Source of the DNA: a virus
Lineage: Duplodnaviria > Heunggongvirae > Uroviricota > Caudoviricetes
IMG/VR virus record: IMGVR_UViG_2721755643_000007
Length of the DNA stretch: 57,277 nt
Reading direction: 5' to 3' (one strand)
Below the pieces are notes generated by a model. It made no database searches, had not been told where the DNA came from, and saw nothing but the letters and a program-made list of their open reading frames with translations. The position numbers and the translations under genes were made by a program. Positions 33,939 through 45,724 of the stretch are shown piece after piece; positions within the stretch are counted from its first letter, which is position 1; each line of letters begins with the position of its first letter.

Positions 33939-34160
33939 TGTTCATTCCACGGACAAAAACAGAGAAAGGAAACGACAGAGGCCAAAAAGCTCGCTTTCAG
34001 CACCTGTCGCTTCCTTTCTTTTCAGAGGGTATTTTAAATAAAAACATTAAGTTATGACGAAGAAGAACGGAAACGCCTTAAACCGGAAAATTTTCATAAA
34101 TAGCGAAAACCCGCGAGGTCGCCGCCCCGTAACCTGTCGGATCGCCGGAAAGGACCCGCA
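33939..34160. other. helper prophage cos site (cosB-cosN-cosQ)
   Basis: AGGTCGCCGCCC at 34116-34127 is the reverse complement of the lambda cohesive end; flanking sequence matches the recalled lambda left end toward Nu1. Confidence 0.85.
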
Positions 34161-34326
34161 AAATGATAATAATTATCATCTGCATGTCACAACGTGCATC
34201 TACGCCATCAAACCACGTCAAATAATCAATTATGACGCAGGTATCATATTAATTGATCTGCATCAACTTAACGTAAAAACAACTTCAGACAATACAAATC
34301 AGCGACACTAAATACGGGACAACCTC

Positions 34327-34560
34327 ATGTCAACGAAGAACAGAACCCGCAGAACAACAATCCGCAACATCCGCTTTCCTAACCAAATGATTGAACAAAT
34401 TAACATCGCTCTTGATCAAAAAGGGTCCGGGAATTTCTCAGCCTGGGTCATTGAAGCCTGCCGCCGGAGACTGTGCTCAGAAAAAAGAGTTTCTCCTGAA
34501 GCAAACAAAGAAAAGAGTGACATTACTGAATTGCTCAGAAAACAGATCAGACCAGATTGA
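34327..34560 (+). CDS. small DNA-binding protein, ribbon-helix-helix-like
   Basis: 77 aa; IRNIRFPNQMIEQINIALDQ...NFSAWVIEA fits an RHH fold. Confidence 0.45.
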   Translation: MSTKNRTRRTTIRNIRFPNQMIEQINIALDQKGSGNFSAWVIEACRRRLCSEKRVSPEANKEKSDITELLRKQIRPD

Positions 34561-34601
34561 AGCAATTTAGATAATCGTGCAGACTACGCCCCTCATATCA
34601 C

Positions 34602-35027
34602 ATGGAAGGTACTACAATGGCTCAGGTTGCCATTTTTAAACAAATATTCGATAAAGTGCGAAATAATTTAAACTATCACTGGTTTTATTCTGAACTAAAA
34701 CGTCACAATGTCTCACATTACATTTACTATTTAGCTACAGAGAATATTCATCTTGTTCTTGAAAACGATAATACGGTTTTAATAAAAGGACAGGGTAAGG
34801 TTGTAAATGTAAGATTTTCAAAAAATAAATGCCTTATAGAAGCCACCTTAAAAGGATTCAAATCAGGAGAGTTATCATTTTACGAATACAGGAAAAATCT
34901 TGCTACAGCAGGGGTTTTCAGATGGATTACAAATATCCACGAAAACAAAAGGTATTACTATACCTTTGATAATTCATTACTCTTTACTGAGAACATTCAG
35001 AACACTACACAAATATTTCCGCACTAA
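34602..35027 (+). CDS. hypothetical protein (141 aa) in the post-lysis moron region
   Basis: ORF in AT-rich DNA; no family recognised. Confidence 0.4.
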   Translation: MEGTTMAQVAIFKQIFDKVRNNLNYHWFYSELKRHNVSHYIYYLATENIHLVLENDNTVLIKGQGKVVNVRFSKNKCLIEATLKGFKSGELSFYEYRKNLATAGVFRWITNIHENKRYYYTFDNSLLFTENIQNTTQIFPH

Positions 35028-35376
35028 ATCATAACGTCCGGTTTCTTCCGTGCCAGAACCGGACTCGCTGGCATGATGAAATATGTGTACCCGGTAACCC
35101 CGGTGTGCATCGTTTTTGATTATTCCCGCACACTCGCGCAGAAGGAGTTCCCCGTCGGGCTACGGTCTCTGTTAATACGGGAATACGGCGACGATACAGC
35201 GCATGATGTGTCAGGCTTGAATGCCTTTATCCGTTAAAAGGGATATCAGTTAAGTTATCCCGTGCAGGGTATAAGCCATTATCAAGCCCACCCGTAGATG
35301 GGCTTTGTAATGGATAGCCGTTGCTCAGTTCTAGTAATGCTTTGATTTTTTCGATAACGCAGTTTTGCGTTTGCCA

Positions 35377-35898
35377 TCAGCACGCGATATCGAGAGTCAA
35401 CTGCAGTTGCTCGCGCCAGTACTCAACATTTGCTTCAATAACCGGCTTATCCCATCGCCAGCGAGCCATCTCTCTTGCCCCATTGCTGGCTTTTGATTTC
35501 CGGTCATCGCGAATGCGACATGCTTGCTCATATTTCTGCTGCTCAGTCAGTTCACCGCGAAGCAGACTATCAATGTGCAGGTCGCACCACACAGCAAAAC
35601 GAGCATCACACCAACGGGCAAATGCAACTGAAAGTTTTGGATGTAGCCACGTACCACCACCCCTGTCCTTTCGTGCCTTGCTGGTTTTTACATACCTCGA
35701 TTGTGAGGGATGTAAAATTTGAGATTCTTTCCCGGTCAACGCTTCGTCTAAAGCACGAACGTATTCAAGCGTTTCTGCCAAACGCATCCAGTTATCAATG
35801 CGTTTCCCAAATCTCTCAGCAACACCTGTGACGTTGATCCAACCATCAGTGTTGAAACTGACAATTTCACCTTTGTAATTAAGTGGCACGATATTCAT
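35377..35898 (-). CDS. putative KilA-N / antirepressor-like domain protein
   Basis: 173 aa; N-terminal region resembles KilA-N domains; assignment tentative. Confidence 0.4.
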   Translation of the reverse strand: MNIVPLNYKGEIVSFNTDGWINVTGVAERFGKRIDNWMRLAETLEYVRALDEALTGKESQILHPSQSRYVKTSKARKDRGGGTWLHPKLSVAFARWCDARFAVWCDLHIDSLLRGELTEQQKYEQACRIRDDRKSKASNGAREMARWRWDKPVIEANVEYWREQLQLTLDIAC

Positions 35899-36102
35899 AA
35901 CGTTTACCTACCATTTGAAATGAACCTTTGCCGCACAGGAAACCAGCCCACCGAGGCTCGCCAGCACTAACTGGTATCCTCAAAGGCCCATTCCAAAGGG
36001 GCAGGTTCGGTGTAAAAAAAACATGCGTTGCGGTACGCATTTATTGCAAAAAAGCCCCGCATCGCGAGGCTCATTAAATGGACTTTGTGATTTGCAAAAA
36101 AA

Positions 36103-36552
36103 TTATTTCAGACATTGCGTCCTGATGTACTCCTGCAGGTAGTTAACCTGCGCGGTTATCCTGTCGATTCCACTTCGGAGACGGTAATAATTGAGTTCAG
36201 CATCTGCTGTAAGTCTTGGGCTTTCTCCATCGCCCATGCTGCTGGCTCCGGTCTTTGACTTTGCACAGGAGGCGGCGACTTGCAGCCGCTTACGCCCAGC
36301 AGAAACATCATCACGGAAACTTTCGATAGTCGCGTTAGCATCAGCAAGCTCCTTTGTATATCTGGCATCGAGTTCTGCTACGTCACGTTGACGCTTCTGC
36401 ATGTCAGCGATGATGGATGTGGCTTTGTCGCGCTGTTCTTTGTAGGTCATGGCGTTATCACGGTAATGATTAACAGCCCATGACAGGCAGACGATGATGC
36501 AGATAACCAGAGCGGAGATAATCGCGGTTACTCTGTTCATTGCTGACCCCAC
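36103..36552 (-). CDS. Rz: i-spanin Rz
   Basis: N-terminal [29 protein letters not shown] and coiled-coil like lambda Rz. Confidence 0.9.
   Translation of the reverse strand: MGSAMNRVTAIISALVICIIVCLSWAVNHYRDNAMTYKEQRDKATSIIADMQKRQRDVAELDARYTKELADANATIESFRDDVSAGRKRLQVAASCAKSKTGASSMGDGESPRLTADAELNYYRLRSGIDRITAQVNYLQEYIRTQCLK
36156..36341 (-). CDS. Rz1: o-spanin Rz1 (lipoprotein embedded in the +1 frame of Rz)
   Basis: Embedded ORF with lipobox LLGVSGC and a Pro-rich segment. Confidence 0.65.
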   Translation of the reverse strand: MLTRLSKVSVMMFLLGVSGCKSPPPVQSQRPEPAAWAMEKAQDLQQMLNSIITVSEVESTG

Positions 36553-37034
36553 AAACAGATTTCACGCTCAATCTCACGACGAGTCATGAGACCTTTCCAT
36601 TGCTTACCGCCAGCATATGTCCAGCGACGTAGCTGATCACATGCGCCTTTGATATCGCCCTGGTTTATTTTGCGAAGAAGCGTCGATGTTCTGAAATTGC
36701 CAGCACCCACGTTGTAAACGAATGAGTAAAGAGCGCCGCGCATTGTTTCCGGTATATCGACTTTGATGTACGGGTTAATTTGTCTGGCGACCGTGGCAAG
36801 GTCTTTATTCAGGAGGGCTTTGCATTCTGCTTTGGTATACGTTTTACCGAGCATGATGTCTTTTCCTGTATGCCCGTGACATACAGTCCATACACCAACA
36901 ATATCTTTGTATGGTATGTAGCTGACACCTTCCAGACCATCGTTACCACTTGGGCCAGTAATTAACACTGATGCTATAGCAATTGCTCCGCCACCAATAG
37001 CAGCAGCAACGGCTTTTCGTAATGATGGAGGCAT
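36537..37034 (-). CDS. R: SAR endolysin (phage 21 R-like lysozyme)
   Basis: 165 aa [27 protein letters not shown] with Gly/Ala-rich SAR segment; matches recalled phage 21 endolysin. Confidence 0.9.
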   Translation of the reverse strand: MPPSLRKAVAAAIGGGAIAIASVLITGPSGNDGLEGVSYIPYKDIVGVWTVCHGHTGKDIMLGKTYTKAECKALLNKDLATVARQINPYIKVDIPETMRGALYSFVYNVGAGNFRTSTLLRKINQGDIKGACDQLRRWTYAGGKQWKGLMTRREIEREICLWGQQ

Positions 37035-37249
37035 TATTCACCTCTCGCAGCCTTGTGCTTATCTTCTTTAATCTTGAAATAAAGGTTTGTCAGGTACGTC
37101 AGCAGGCCAAATACCAGGCTACCCAGCACACCTATTGCTGCCCACTGTGAGGGCGTGACTTTATCGAGCAGCTGTAAAAACCAGTAACCGGCACTACCTG
37201 CTGAGGTGCCATAGGCGACACCCGTTGTTAACTTATCCATGGATTTCAT
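37034..37249 (-). CDS. S: pinholin (S21-like)
   Basis: [29 protein letters not shown]...; two TM segments, dual-start MK..M motif. Confidence 0.85.
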   Translation of the reverse strand: MKSMDKLTTGVAYGTSAGSAGYWFLQLLDKVTPSQWAAIGVLGSLVFGLLTYLTNLYFKIKEDKHKAARGE

Positions 37250-37294
37250 AACCCCACCTCGCAGACAAAGCGGGTGTAAATTGAGGGAATACAA

Positions 37295-37837
37295 CGTATC
37301 GCAAAAAAGCAGAAACGTAACAGACTCGGAGTCAGTGAATAACTCAGGTATTGAGTTATCAGCTAATATCGAGACTCAAAAAATGGAAAAACCAGCTCGA
37401 CGGCGGGTTTAAGCTGTGTGACGAAGTAACCACTCTTAACAGCATAACCAATTTTTTACGTACGTAAACCACTGAATGATATTTATGAGAATGCTACCGA
37501 GTGTTCAAAACACCACCACAAATACATAAGAAAACCTCAACAAATAACCAATAAATAATTTCAGAGGTTATTTTTAGTTGATTTAAATTAAACTGCCGAA
37601 TTATAGAACCCCCATAAATAACAGCCATTAATATAAATTAGCTAATAGGTTTATTTTTGTTCAAATAAGAGCCATAAATAGGTTTCGATAGAAAAAGTTC
37701 AGATAAAAATAGAGATCTACTTCACAAATTAAATGAGAAACTAAAACTTACATCTTGAAATAATCACATTGATTAGATGAATATTTATCGCGCAGTGACA
37801 TCATTTTTTAATAATAGTTCAAAAAAAAGGGCTCACG
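37295..37837. promoter_or_regulatory. AT-rich upstream region of the porin gene
   Basis: About 540 bp of AT-rich non-coding DNA with curved-DNA-like A/T tracts. Confidence 0.35.
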
Positions 37838-38920
37838 ATGAAAAAATTAACAGTGGCAATTTCTGCTGTAGCTGCATCAGTACTGATGGCGATGTCTGCT
37901 CAGGCAGCTGAAATTTATAATAAAGACAGTAACAAGCTGGATCTGTACGGGAAAGTTAATGCTAAGCACTACTTCTCCTCTAATGATGCAGATGATGGTG
38001 ATACTACTTATGCCCGTCTTGGCTTCAAAGGTGAAACCCAAATCAACGATCAACTGACTGGTTTCGGTCAGTGGGAATATGAATTCAAAGGCAACCGCGC
38101 TGAATCTCAAGGTTCCTCCAAAGACAAAACCCGTCTTGCATTTGCAGGCCTGAAATTCGGTGACTACGGCTCAATCGATTACGGCCGTAACTACGGTGTA
38201 GCATACGACATCGGTGCGTGGACTGACGTTCTGCCAGAATTCGGTGGCGATACCTGGACCCAAACAGATGTATTCATGACTGGTCGCACCACAGGTGTTG
38301 CAACTTATCGTAACAACGACTTCTTTGGTCTGGTTGATGGCCTGAACTTTGCAGCTCAGTATCAGGGCAAAAATGACCGAAATGAAGTAACTGAAGCTAA
38401 TGGCGATGGTTTCGGTTTCTCAACTACTTATGAGTATGAAGGATTCGGCGTGGGTGCAACCTATGCTAAATCTGATCGCACTAATAATCAGGTTATCTAC
38501 GGTAACAACGGTCTGAATGCTTCTGGTCAAAATGCTGAAGTATGGGCAGCTGGTCTGAAATATGATGCGAACAACATCTATCTGGCCACCACCTATTCTG
38601 AAACCCAGAACATGACTGTTTTTGGTAATAACCATATTGCCAACAAAGCACAAAACTTCGAAGCTGTTGCACAATATCAGTTCGACTTCGGCCTGCGTCC
38701 ATCCGTTGCTTACCTGCATTCTAAAGGAAAAGACTTGGGTGTTTGGGGTGATCAGGACCTGGTTGAATATGTTGATGTAGGTGCAACCTATTACTTCAAC
38801 AAAAATATGTCCACTTTTGTTGACTACAAAATCAACCTGATTGATAAGAGCGATTTCACGAAAGCATCTGGCGTTGCTACCGATGATATCGTTGCTGTAG
38901 GTATGGTTTACCAGTTCTAA
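37838..38920 (+). CDS. nmpC: outer membrane porin (NmpC/Lc family, lysogenic conversion)
   Basis: 360 aa with signal peptide; OmpC-family sequence ending VAVGMVYQF; sits between Q and the lysis genes in opposite orientation as in DLP12. Confidence 0.85.
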   Translation: MKKLTVAISAVAASVLMAMSAQAAEIYNKDSNKLDLYGKVNAKHYFSSNDADDGDTTYARLGFKGETQINDQLTGFGQWEYEFKGNRAESQGSSKDKTRLAFAGLKFGDYGSIDYGRNYGVAYDIGAWTDVLPEFGGDTWTQTDVFMTGRTTGVATYRNNDFFGLVDGLNFAAQYQGKNDRNEVTEANGDGFGFSTTYEYEGFGVGATYAKSDRTNNQVIYGNNGLNASGQNAEVWAAGLKYDANNIYLATTYSETQNMTVFGNNHIANKAQNFEAVAQYQFDFGLRPSVAYLHSKGKDLGVWGDQDLVEYVDVGATYYFNKNMSTFVDYKINLIDKSDFTKASGVATDDIVAVGMVYQF

Positions 38921-39056
38921 TTTGATTACTAAAAGATATGTTGCGGGAGGCTTTGCCTCCCCAACATATAAGTGGCTCCCTCAAGCCACTTCCTTTAGGA
39001 GCACAACCTTGCTTCTAACTATATAAACCTTCTGTTATATATTACCCTTTATTTTT

Positions 39057-39082
39057 GGGGGCGTCTCAACGCCCCATTTTTA
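39057..39082 (+). terminator. rho-independent terminator downstream of the porin gene
   Basis: GGGGCG-TCTCAA-CGCCCC followed by ATTTTTAATAATTTTT. Confidence 0.55.
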
Positions 39083-39108
39083 ATAATTTTTAGTAAACAA
39101 TTGGCATA

Positions 39109-39492
39109 TTAATTAGAGTTATTAACAACGATATCCATCTCTAACCGGATATCTAATGCCATTAACATCCCTTCAATTATACCCTCAGCCTTCTGTAACC
39201 TTTTCCCGATATAACCATCAGAGCAGCAATGCTTACCTGCCAGTGACATGAATGTCATACCGACTACATAATAATCTACTAATAAATCGTGCAAATCGCT
39301 GTTGTTCTTTTTCAGACGGGCCATGCACCCGCAAATGATCATCGCGTCATCGTCACAACATTGCGGGCGAGATTTTACTTTTGAAGGAATTAATCCCTTA
39401 AAACCGGCGGCAATGGACGACCAGGTCACATCTTCATGATTATTAGCCGCCCACGCTCCCCAACGCTCAAGAACCATCTGAATATCACGCAT
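39109..39492 (-). CDS. Q: late-gene antiterminator Q (82/21 type)
   Basis: [33 protein letters not shown] matches recalled DLP12 quuD-type Q; ORF track extends 5 codons upstream. Confidence 0.85.
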   Translation of the reverse strand: MRDIQMVLERWGAWAANNHEDVTWSSIAAGFKGLIPSKVKSRPQCCDDDAMIICGCMARLKKNNSDLHDLLVDYYVVGMTFMSLAGKHCCSDGYIGKRLQKAEGIIEGMLMALDIRLEMDIVVNNSN

Positions 39493-39714
39493 CAACTTAC
39501 TCCACAAAAATCAGACCAGAACGCCAATTACAAGCAAAAATCAATAAAACAGTATTAGTTGATTGTTATCTCTGACTTCATACTCCTGCTCCTGTCAGGG
39601 TTTTGGCGTAATTCCTCAGTATTCGGTAATCGGTCAAAACAGAACCGGGGAAACGATATAAGCGCAGGCGCATCCAGCGGTGGCGAAGACGTTCTGCCAT
39701 ATAAGACTCAAACA

Positions 39715-40077
39715 TCATTCATCTCCCAGTTCAGTGATGGTCAGTTCCAGCTTCCCACCTTTGGTAACAGGCATCTTCACAACGCGGTAATCAACGACCA
39801 GCTCATCATCCAGCCAGAAACCTGCTTTAGTGAGTGCGTCAAAAGCGGCTTTTTGCAGATTATCCAGGTCACGGCGACAGCGATCCGGCATGTGGCACTC
39901 AATGCGGATTTTCACAGGCATAGCCAGGCCGATATCCAGCATTGCGTTTTTAATGATTCGGGCGACGTTATCGCGGTATGCCTGCCCCTCTGCGCTGACG
40001 TGCGTGCGCCCGCGATTATGGCGGTAATAGCGATTATTGCTCGGAGGCCAGGGTAATGTGATGCTGTAGGTATTCAC
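39715..40077 (-). CDS. rusA: Holliday junction resolvase RusA
   Basis: 120 aa [36 protein letters not shown] matches RusA. Confidence 0.9.
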   Translation of the reverse strand: MNTYSITLPWPPSNNRYYRHNRGRTHVSAEGQAYRDNVARIIKNAMLDIGLAMPVKIRIECHMPDRCRRDLDNLQKAAFDALTKAGFWLDDELVVDYRVVKMPVTKGGKLELTITELGDE

Positions 40078-40364
40078 GCCTTAATAACCCCCTCTTTCAG
40101 CCAGATAACCTGTATTCTCGCCATACCTTCCAGCGCGCATTCTTTTGCATATGCAGCATCGACAAAATGCGTGCGGCGGTCGATTTCGTCGTGGCAGGCA
40201 GAACATGCAATGGTGGCAATCAGGTCTGGCGGTTTGGTACCGGTGCCGCACAATCCAGTCAGCCGGATATGTGCCAGTACAGACGTTTCAGGGTTGCCAT
40301 TACATACGCCAGGGATTCTTACCTGGCATTCCCGACCACGCGCTGCTTTTCTCAAATCAGCCAT
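40074..40364 (-). CDS. YbcO-like protein (DUF1364)
   Basis: Start [23 protein letters not shown]; start overlaps the ninE stop (ATGGCTGA). Confidence 0.75.
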   Translation of the reverse strand: MADLRKAARGRECQVRIPGVCNGNPETSVLAHIRLTGLCGTGTKPPDLIATIACSACHDEIDRRTHFVDAAYAKECALEGMARIQVIWLKEGVIKA

Positions 40365-40527
40365 GATTCCTCCTTGCTGCCAGTCGCAACCATTTTTTAT
40401 CAACCAGGCTGGCGGTATATCCGAGCAGTGTTGGTATTTCGGATGGTTTCAGCTCAGGCTTACGCTTACGACGATTTGGTACTCTGTAGATGTGTCCGTT
40501 CATGACACGAATAAGCGGTGTAGCCAT
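40357..40527 (-). CDS. ninE: NinE
   Basis: 56 aa [56 protein letters not shown] translated by hand from the minus strand; below the ORF-track cutoff. Confidence 0.75.
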   Translation of the reverse strand: MATPLIRVMNGHIYRVPNRRKRKPELKPSEIPTLLGYTASLVDKKWLRLAARRNHG

Positions 40528-40982
40528 TACGCCTCCTGCTTGTCGCGCAGCAGCTGGAACTCGCAGCTCTGCGGAATAGTCAGGTGGCAGCCAATATTCA
40601 TCGCCCAGGCTTCAACCTTACACAGGAAGACATACATCTCTCCGGTATCAAGATTGGAGGTATGACGTAATGACTGAATGGTGGTGATTTCACCGGTTAC
40701 GACATCAACCAGTTCTTTGGTTTCATAACCGAGATAAGTGTGTTTGAGAGCATCTTTTACCCAAGCTGGAGTGGCGAACGTTTTACCCCTGCTGATGAGG
40801 TATTCACTGATTTCGCTGTACCACATGTGGCTGAGTGCATTCTGGGAAAGACTGCGTCTCTCGCGCCACGGTTTAAGCACCATGCGAAAGCATTTGCCGT
40901 CCTCCAGATAAGGCTGGATCTGCCGACCGATAGCGGTGAAGTTACCGCGATGCAATTTGATACCATCTTGTGGGAGGTTCAC
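40527..40982 (-). CDS. YbcN-like protein (nin region)
   Basis: 151 aa [30 protein letters not shown] matches recalled DLP12 YbcN. Confidence 0.8.
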   Translation of the reverse strand: MNLPQDGIKLHRGNFTAIGRQIQPYLEDGKCFRMVLKPWRERRSLSQNALSHMWYSEISEYLISRGKTFATPAWVKDALKHTYLGYETKELVDVVTGEITTIQSLRHTSNLDTGEMYVFLCKVEAWAMNIGCHLTIPQSCEFQLLRDKQEA

Positions 40983-41174
40983 GCTTCACCTCCGCAGAGA
41001 TCAAACGCTGGATGCAAAATATCGCAGGTGCATTTCTGCATCTGTGAATGGAGAAGAGAGGTTGGATTGTATGTGCGCATAAACGTCCCCGTTTAGCGCA
41101 GAAGTCACCGGAGGAGTTCAAACTCCGGTGACTTAATTATGGCAAGTTGATTGTTGAAAATCAATTTAGTGGAT

Positions 41175-41957
41175 TTAGGCGCAATACAAAGGATCATTAG
41201 CAGCTCTAATACCGCCCTGAATCGCAAGCCCTGTATGGCAATTTGACATTGAGCATGATTGCCATCTGTGCAAGGGACCTCCATTAATCGAAACTTCCAG
41301 CAGATCTTTATCTCCTTTCATCCTGACCCCTTCATACAACATATCAAGACGCTCAACAATCAATCCTGTTGGAGGTTCCATTTTTAGAACGAGGGCAAAC
41401 TCTCCTGGCCCACGTCGTATTGTTATACGCGGGCCGGTACACTCCACATCCCAATTGTCTGATTTAGCTTTCCATTCATTTTCATCTATCAGTAAAGTCT
41501 CCTTACCAATAGAATTACAGAAAATTCCTGATAAAAGCATCGGTCCATGTGGTATGGGTGAAGGTTTCACAGAAAGAATGGGTTGTTCGTTGACTACAAT
41601 CAAATTTTGACAGTTATGAAACGTCACTCCTGCAAATTTTACTGTTATAGGCTCATTATGAAAATCAAACATTTCATTTGCAAAACCAGCCTGTAAGCAC
41701 TTGGGATTTCTGTCAGCTATTTCCACTGTCTGTGCTGAAAGTCTACCACGAGCTCTTTTTTGATTGCATTGGGAGCAAAGAAGTGTCATTCCATTCGGAT
41801 CATGTATTTTGGCATCAACGAAGTCAGGTTTAAAATGCTCATAATCATAAAATCCAAATCCACAAATTACACAGCCAAAGCCGCACCTTTGCCTTATCTG
41901 ACGTTTTATTGTCTCAGGTATTCTTCTTGAGAGCCCGTGTTTATTAATATTGTCCAT
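41175..41957 (-). CDS. HNH endonuclease domain protein with an unknown C-terminal domain
   Basis: 260 aa; N-terminal Cys pairs CGFGCVIC ... CSQCNQ with YDYEHFKP and HDPNG between; AT-rich flanks. Confidence 0.6.
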   Translation of the reverse strand: MDNINKHGLSRRIPETIKRQIRQRCGFGCVICGFGFYDYEHFKPDFVDAKIHDPNGMTLLCSQCNQKRARGRLSAQTVEIADRNPKCLQAGFANEMFDFHNEPITVKFAGVTFHNCQNLIVVNEQPILSVKPSPIPHGPMLLSGIFCNSIGKETLLIDENEWKAKSDNWDVECTGPRITIRRGPGEFALVLKMEPPTGLIVERLDMLYEGVRMKGDKDLLEVSINGGPLHRWQSCSMSNCHTGLAIQGGIRAANDPLYCA

Positions 41958-42131
41958 ATGGTTAGTACGCTATAAGTTTGTTTCTATAATTTTACCACAA
42001 TAGATAAGTTTGTATCAGAAATCGCTATATGGAGTGAGCGGAATATTTATATTATTCATGCAATTGCTCTCCCGTACGCAGCCCGCACTTCCGTCATCGC
42101 AGAATGACGGAAGCCTTACTAACTAGCGCCT

Positions 42132-42455
42132 TTATTGAAACAGATTCTGAGGTAAATGCGGCAATACTTGACTCCACTTATCATCCTGCCACGGCTGAAG
42201 TTTTACATGTGCCGTTTCTCGGGCGAGGATTGCTCGCGCTCTGTTGAGTCTCTGGGGATATTCTTGCTCGATGGAAGTGAAGTGACCAGCCTCACCATGC
42301 TCCGCATCCTGAAGAAGATGAGTAACGTTCTGGTAGGCAATTAACATCACATTCCCTGCTCGCCATAACCAGGCGAGTGTGCAAAGTTCGTTATCAGTGA
42401 ATTGTTTTGTGATTGGGAATTGTTGAACTGCTAGAACGGGAACGCCAGCATCCAT
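42132..42455 (-). CDS. hypothetical protein (107 aa)
   Basis: ORF between the HNH gene and the serine recombinase; 10-bp stem-loop CTTCCGTCAT..ATGACGGAAG just downstream. Confidence 0.4.
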   Translation of the reverse strand: MDAGVPVLAVQQFPITKQFTDNELCTLAWLWRAGNVMLIAYQNVTHLLQDAEHGEAGHFTSIEQEYPQRLNRARAILARETAHVKLQPWQDDKWSQVLPHLPQNLFQ

Positions 42456-42566
42456 TGGCAGTCCCTATAGTAAAACCATAGCTCAGGACGCTTCGTTCAG
42501 GATAGATACTTTTATTGTACTTACCTAACTTTCTTACTATAGCACGGTTGGAAAAGTGATTATTAC

Positions 42567-44093
42567 TCAAAAATAAACCTCACCATCAACCATATATTTG
42601 AGAGTACTTATCGCCTGCTGGGCGGATATTGTTTTCATTAAAGGATAGTGTTTAAAAACAATGCCATTCATAAAATAGATATCACAGGTTTTATTATCTG
42701 TATTGATTATGATTTTTTCGAATGTTTTATAGGCAAGTGTACGACATAGCTCTCGCCCATTTTTACTGGTTAAGTCAATAGCATGAAAATCACCAAGTGA
42801 ACTCACCGCTTTACTCTTCAAAGTTTTTAATGATACCGAAGCCCTTCGTAATTCCTTATCTAATACTCTGATTTTTTCTGCTATAGCGGTAACTTCAGGC
42901 GCAACAGATAATGCAGCAATTAAATTATTAATTTTCATCTGGAGCTCAATAATTTTCAACTCTAAAGTTTCATTAGCATCTTTCTTGTTTTCAACTGGTT
43001 GGATTTTACTACAATTAAAAAGCAACTCATTAATGATATTATAATCAACCAAATCTCTCTTTATTGATGGCCTGTCACATCGATGCAGTCTTCTCATCGG
43101 ACAAACATAATAGCCATGCAAACTTCCAGATACCGCATGAACAATCATGGTATTACCACAAGCCTCGCACTTCATAACTGTTCGAAGTAGATTTATCAAC
43201 ATAGGATTTTTGCTACTATTGCTAATACCAAAAGGTGCCAACCGAATTTCCTGCACAGCGTAAAACAAATCATCTGATATGACTCTGGGATAATAGCCAG
43301 CGATTTCACTTATTCCTTTACCTCTTGCACGATATGAAGGTACGCATATACCTATCAGAGCTTTATTCGCTAATAATTTTTCAATTACAGAAGGCCCCCA
43401 TGCACTTTCTTTGCCTGAGAAATTTTTTACAGCATGATCATTTAAATACTTGGCTATTGCATTCAATGATCGCCTTTCCATCCTGAGTTTAAAAATTAGC
43501 TCAATCGTTTTCACCCTGTCGGGGTCTGGAATAAAAGCTGTTCTTTTGTCATCCAATGAGAGCCATCTCGGACAAGACGCCGTCATAATCGTGCCTGACT
43601 CCAGTGCATCCTGCCGTTTTTTCTTCCATGATAATTTAACCCGACTTGACTTTATCTCGCTTTCTTCATTTGCCCTTTGTGCTATAAGTATGGCTTTTAT
43701 TAATGAATATGGATCATTCAAAGAGTCAATGTTATAGACTGTATTATCGCAAAGAGTTATAACATCAATACCGTGATTCAAAATCAATTTCAGACGCTCA
43801 ATCGCTTCACCGACTTTTTCTCTTGAAAGTCTGTCCAAACTTTCAACTAACAATGTAGTTCCTGGCAATATATAACCATGCTCTATAGCATCTAAAAATT
43901 CCGAAAAAGCTCCTGATTGTGCATGCTTTCCTTTGAATGCACTTAATCCTAAATCTTCATATGTTATGGTATCAAGATAATAATTACTATTTACCTTTAA
44001 CCATTCAGCAATAAGTCTTCTCTGTCGGTTCAATGAGTCGCCAGACATCTGACCTGGTGATGAAAATCGCATATATGCTATGGCTTTTTTCAT
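42567..44093 (-). CDS. large serine recombinase (YbcK-like)
   Basis: 508 aa; N-terminal resolvase motif AIAYMRFSSPGQ, recombinase domain and Cys-rich zinc ribbon. Confidence 0.85.
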   Translation of the reverse strand: MKKAIAYMRFSSPGQMSGDSLNRQRRLIAEWLKVNSNYYLDTITYEDLGLSAFKGKHAQSGAFSEFLDAIEHGYILPGTTLLVESLDRLSREKVGEAIERLKLILNHGIDVITLCDNTVYNIDSLNDPYSLIKAILIAQRANEESEIKSSRVKLSWKKKRQDALESGTIMTASCPRWLSLDDKRTAFIPDPDRVKTIELIFKLRMERRSLNAIAKYLNDHAVKNFSGKESAWGPSVIEKLLANKALIGICVPSYRARGKGISEIAGYYPRVISDDLFYAVQEIRLAPFGISNSSKNPMLINLLRTVMKCEACGNTMIVHAVSGSLHGYYVCPMRRLHRCDRPSIKRDLVDYNIINELLFNCSKIQPVENKKDANETLELKIIELQMKINNLIAALSVAPEVTAIAEKIRVLDKELRRASVSLKTLKSKAVSSLGDFHAIDLTSKNGRELCRTLAYKTFEKIIINTDNKTCDIYFMNGIVFKHYPLMKTISAQQAISTLKYMVDGEVYF

Positions 44094-44348
44094 GGTGACA
44101 CCTGCTAACGTATGCTTTTATAAACCTTAGTGGTGAGATATAACTTTTGTTTAATTTTTATTTAAAAAGACAATTAAGGTCACATTATCTTGAATATACA
44201 ACAATAATCGTATTGCAATTTTCTCACGCCATAATCTTGAAAGCACAAAAGAATACATAAAAAATAAAGACATTAACAAAAAGCATAAAACGAGGCTCAT
44301 ATAAATATAAGAGCCTCCATATTTTAGTCGTTTAAAAACAAATTATTT

Positions 44349-44681
44349 TTAATGTGGTGTGCTTCGTGACAATAAATTAATAACCAACACACCGGCACAA
44401 ATCAACATCATGCCTATAATGGCTGGCAGGTCCAGCCGTTGGCCGAAAAATCCCCATGACAGTAAGCTAATCAGGACAATACCGACTCCTGACCAGATAG
44501 CATAAGCAATCCCTGTAGGAATATAAGCCAGCGTCTGAGCTAATAACCAGAATGATGCACAATAACAAATAATTGTACCAACAGATGGCCATAACCGTGT
44601 AAAACCTTCTGAAAACTTCATTAAGGTTGTACCAATGACCTCTGCAAGTATTGCACCACCAAGATAAATATAAGGGTTCAT
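44349..44681 (-). CDS. emrE: small multidrug resistance efflux transporter EmrE
   Basis: 110 aa MNPYIYLGGAILAEVIGTTLMKFSEGFTRLWPSVGTIICY matches recalled EmrE; four TM helices. Confidence 0.9.
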   Translation of the reverse strand: MNPYIYLGGAILAEVIGTTLMKFSEGFTRLWPSVGTIICYCASFWLLAQTLAYIPTGIAYAIWSGVGIVLISLLSWGFFGQRLDLPAIIGMMLICAGVLVINLLSRSTPH

Positions 44682-44818
44682 AGCATATTCTTTCCTGTTC
44701 AAACTGGAGAGAATTGTACTACAGTTTGAAATCAACTCACCTGTTTCATCATTGTGTACCCATTGATGTTCTTTTATATACCCTCAATACGCGTTTCATC
44801 GCGGCACTGGATTTGCCC

Positions 44819-45724
44819 CTATATTTCCAGACATCTGTTATCACTTAACCCATTACAAGCCCGCTGCCGCAGATATTCCCGTGGCGAGCGATAACCCAGC
44901 GCACTATGCGGATGCCATTCGTTATAATGCTCGAACGCCTCTGCAAGGTTCTTTGCTGCCGTTAACCCGTCTGGTTTGGGCATGATACTGATGTAGTCAC
45001 GCTTTATCGTTTTCACGAAGCTCTCTGCTATTCCGTTACTCTCCGGACTCCGCACCGCCGTGTTCTTCGGTTCAAGTCCCAACATCCGGGCGAACTGGCG
45101 TGTTTCATTAGCCCGGTAGCATGAACCATTATCCGTCAGCCACTCCACTGGAGACGACGGAAGATCGTTGCCGAAGCGGCGTTCCACCGCTCCCAGCATG
45201 ACGTCCTGTACTGTTTCACTGTTGAAGCCGCCGGTAGTCACCGCCCAGTGCAGTGCCTCACGATCACAGCAGTCCAGCGCGAACGTGACACGCAGTCTCT
45301 CTCCGTTATCACAGCAGAACTCGAACCCGTCAGAGCACCATCGCTGATTGCTTTCTTTCACGGCCACTCTGCCTGTATGTGCCCGTTTCGATGGCGGTAC
45401 AGCAGGTTTTCGCTCAAGCAACAGCGCATTCTGGCGCATGATCCGGTAAACACGTTTGGCATTGATCGCAGGCATACCATCAAGTTCTGCCTGTCTGCGA
45501 AGCAGCGCCCATACCCGACGATAACCATACGTGGGCAGCTCTCCGATAACATGGTGTATACGGAGAAGCACATCCGTATCATCAGTGTGACGACTGCGGC
45601 GGCCATCCATCCAGTCATCGGTTCGTCTGAGAATGACGTGCAACTGCGCACGCGACACCCGGAGACAACGGCTGACTAAGCTTACTCCCCATCCCCGGGC
45701 AATAAGGGCGCGTGCGCTATCCAC
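44819..45724 (-). CDS. insD: IS2 transposase OrfB (InsD)
   Basis: 301 aa with DDE integrase-like core; IS2 InsD-like sequence. Confidence 0.9.
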
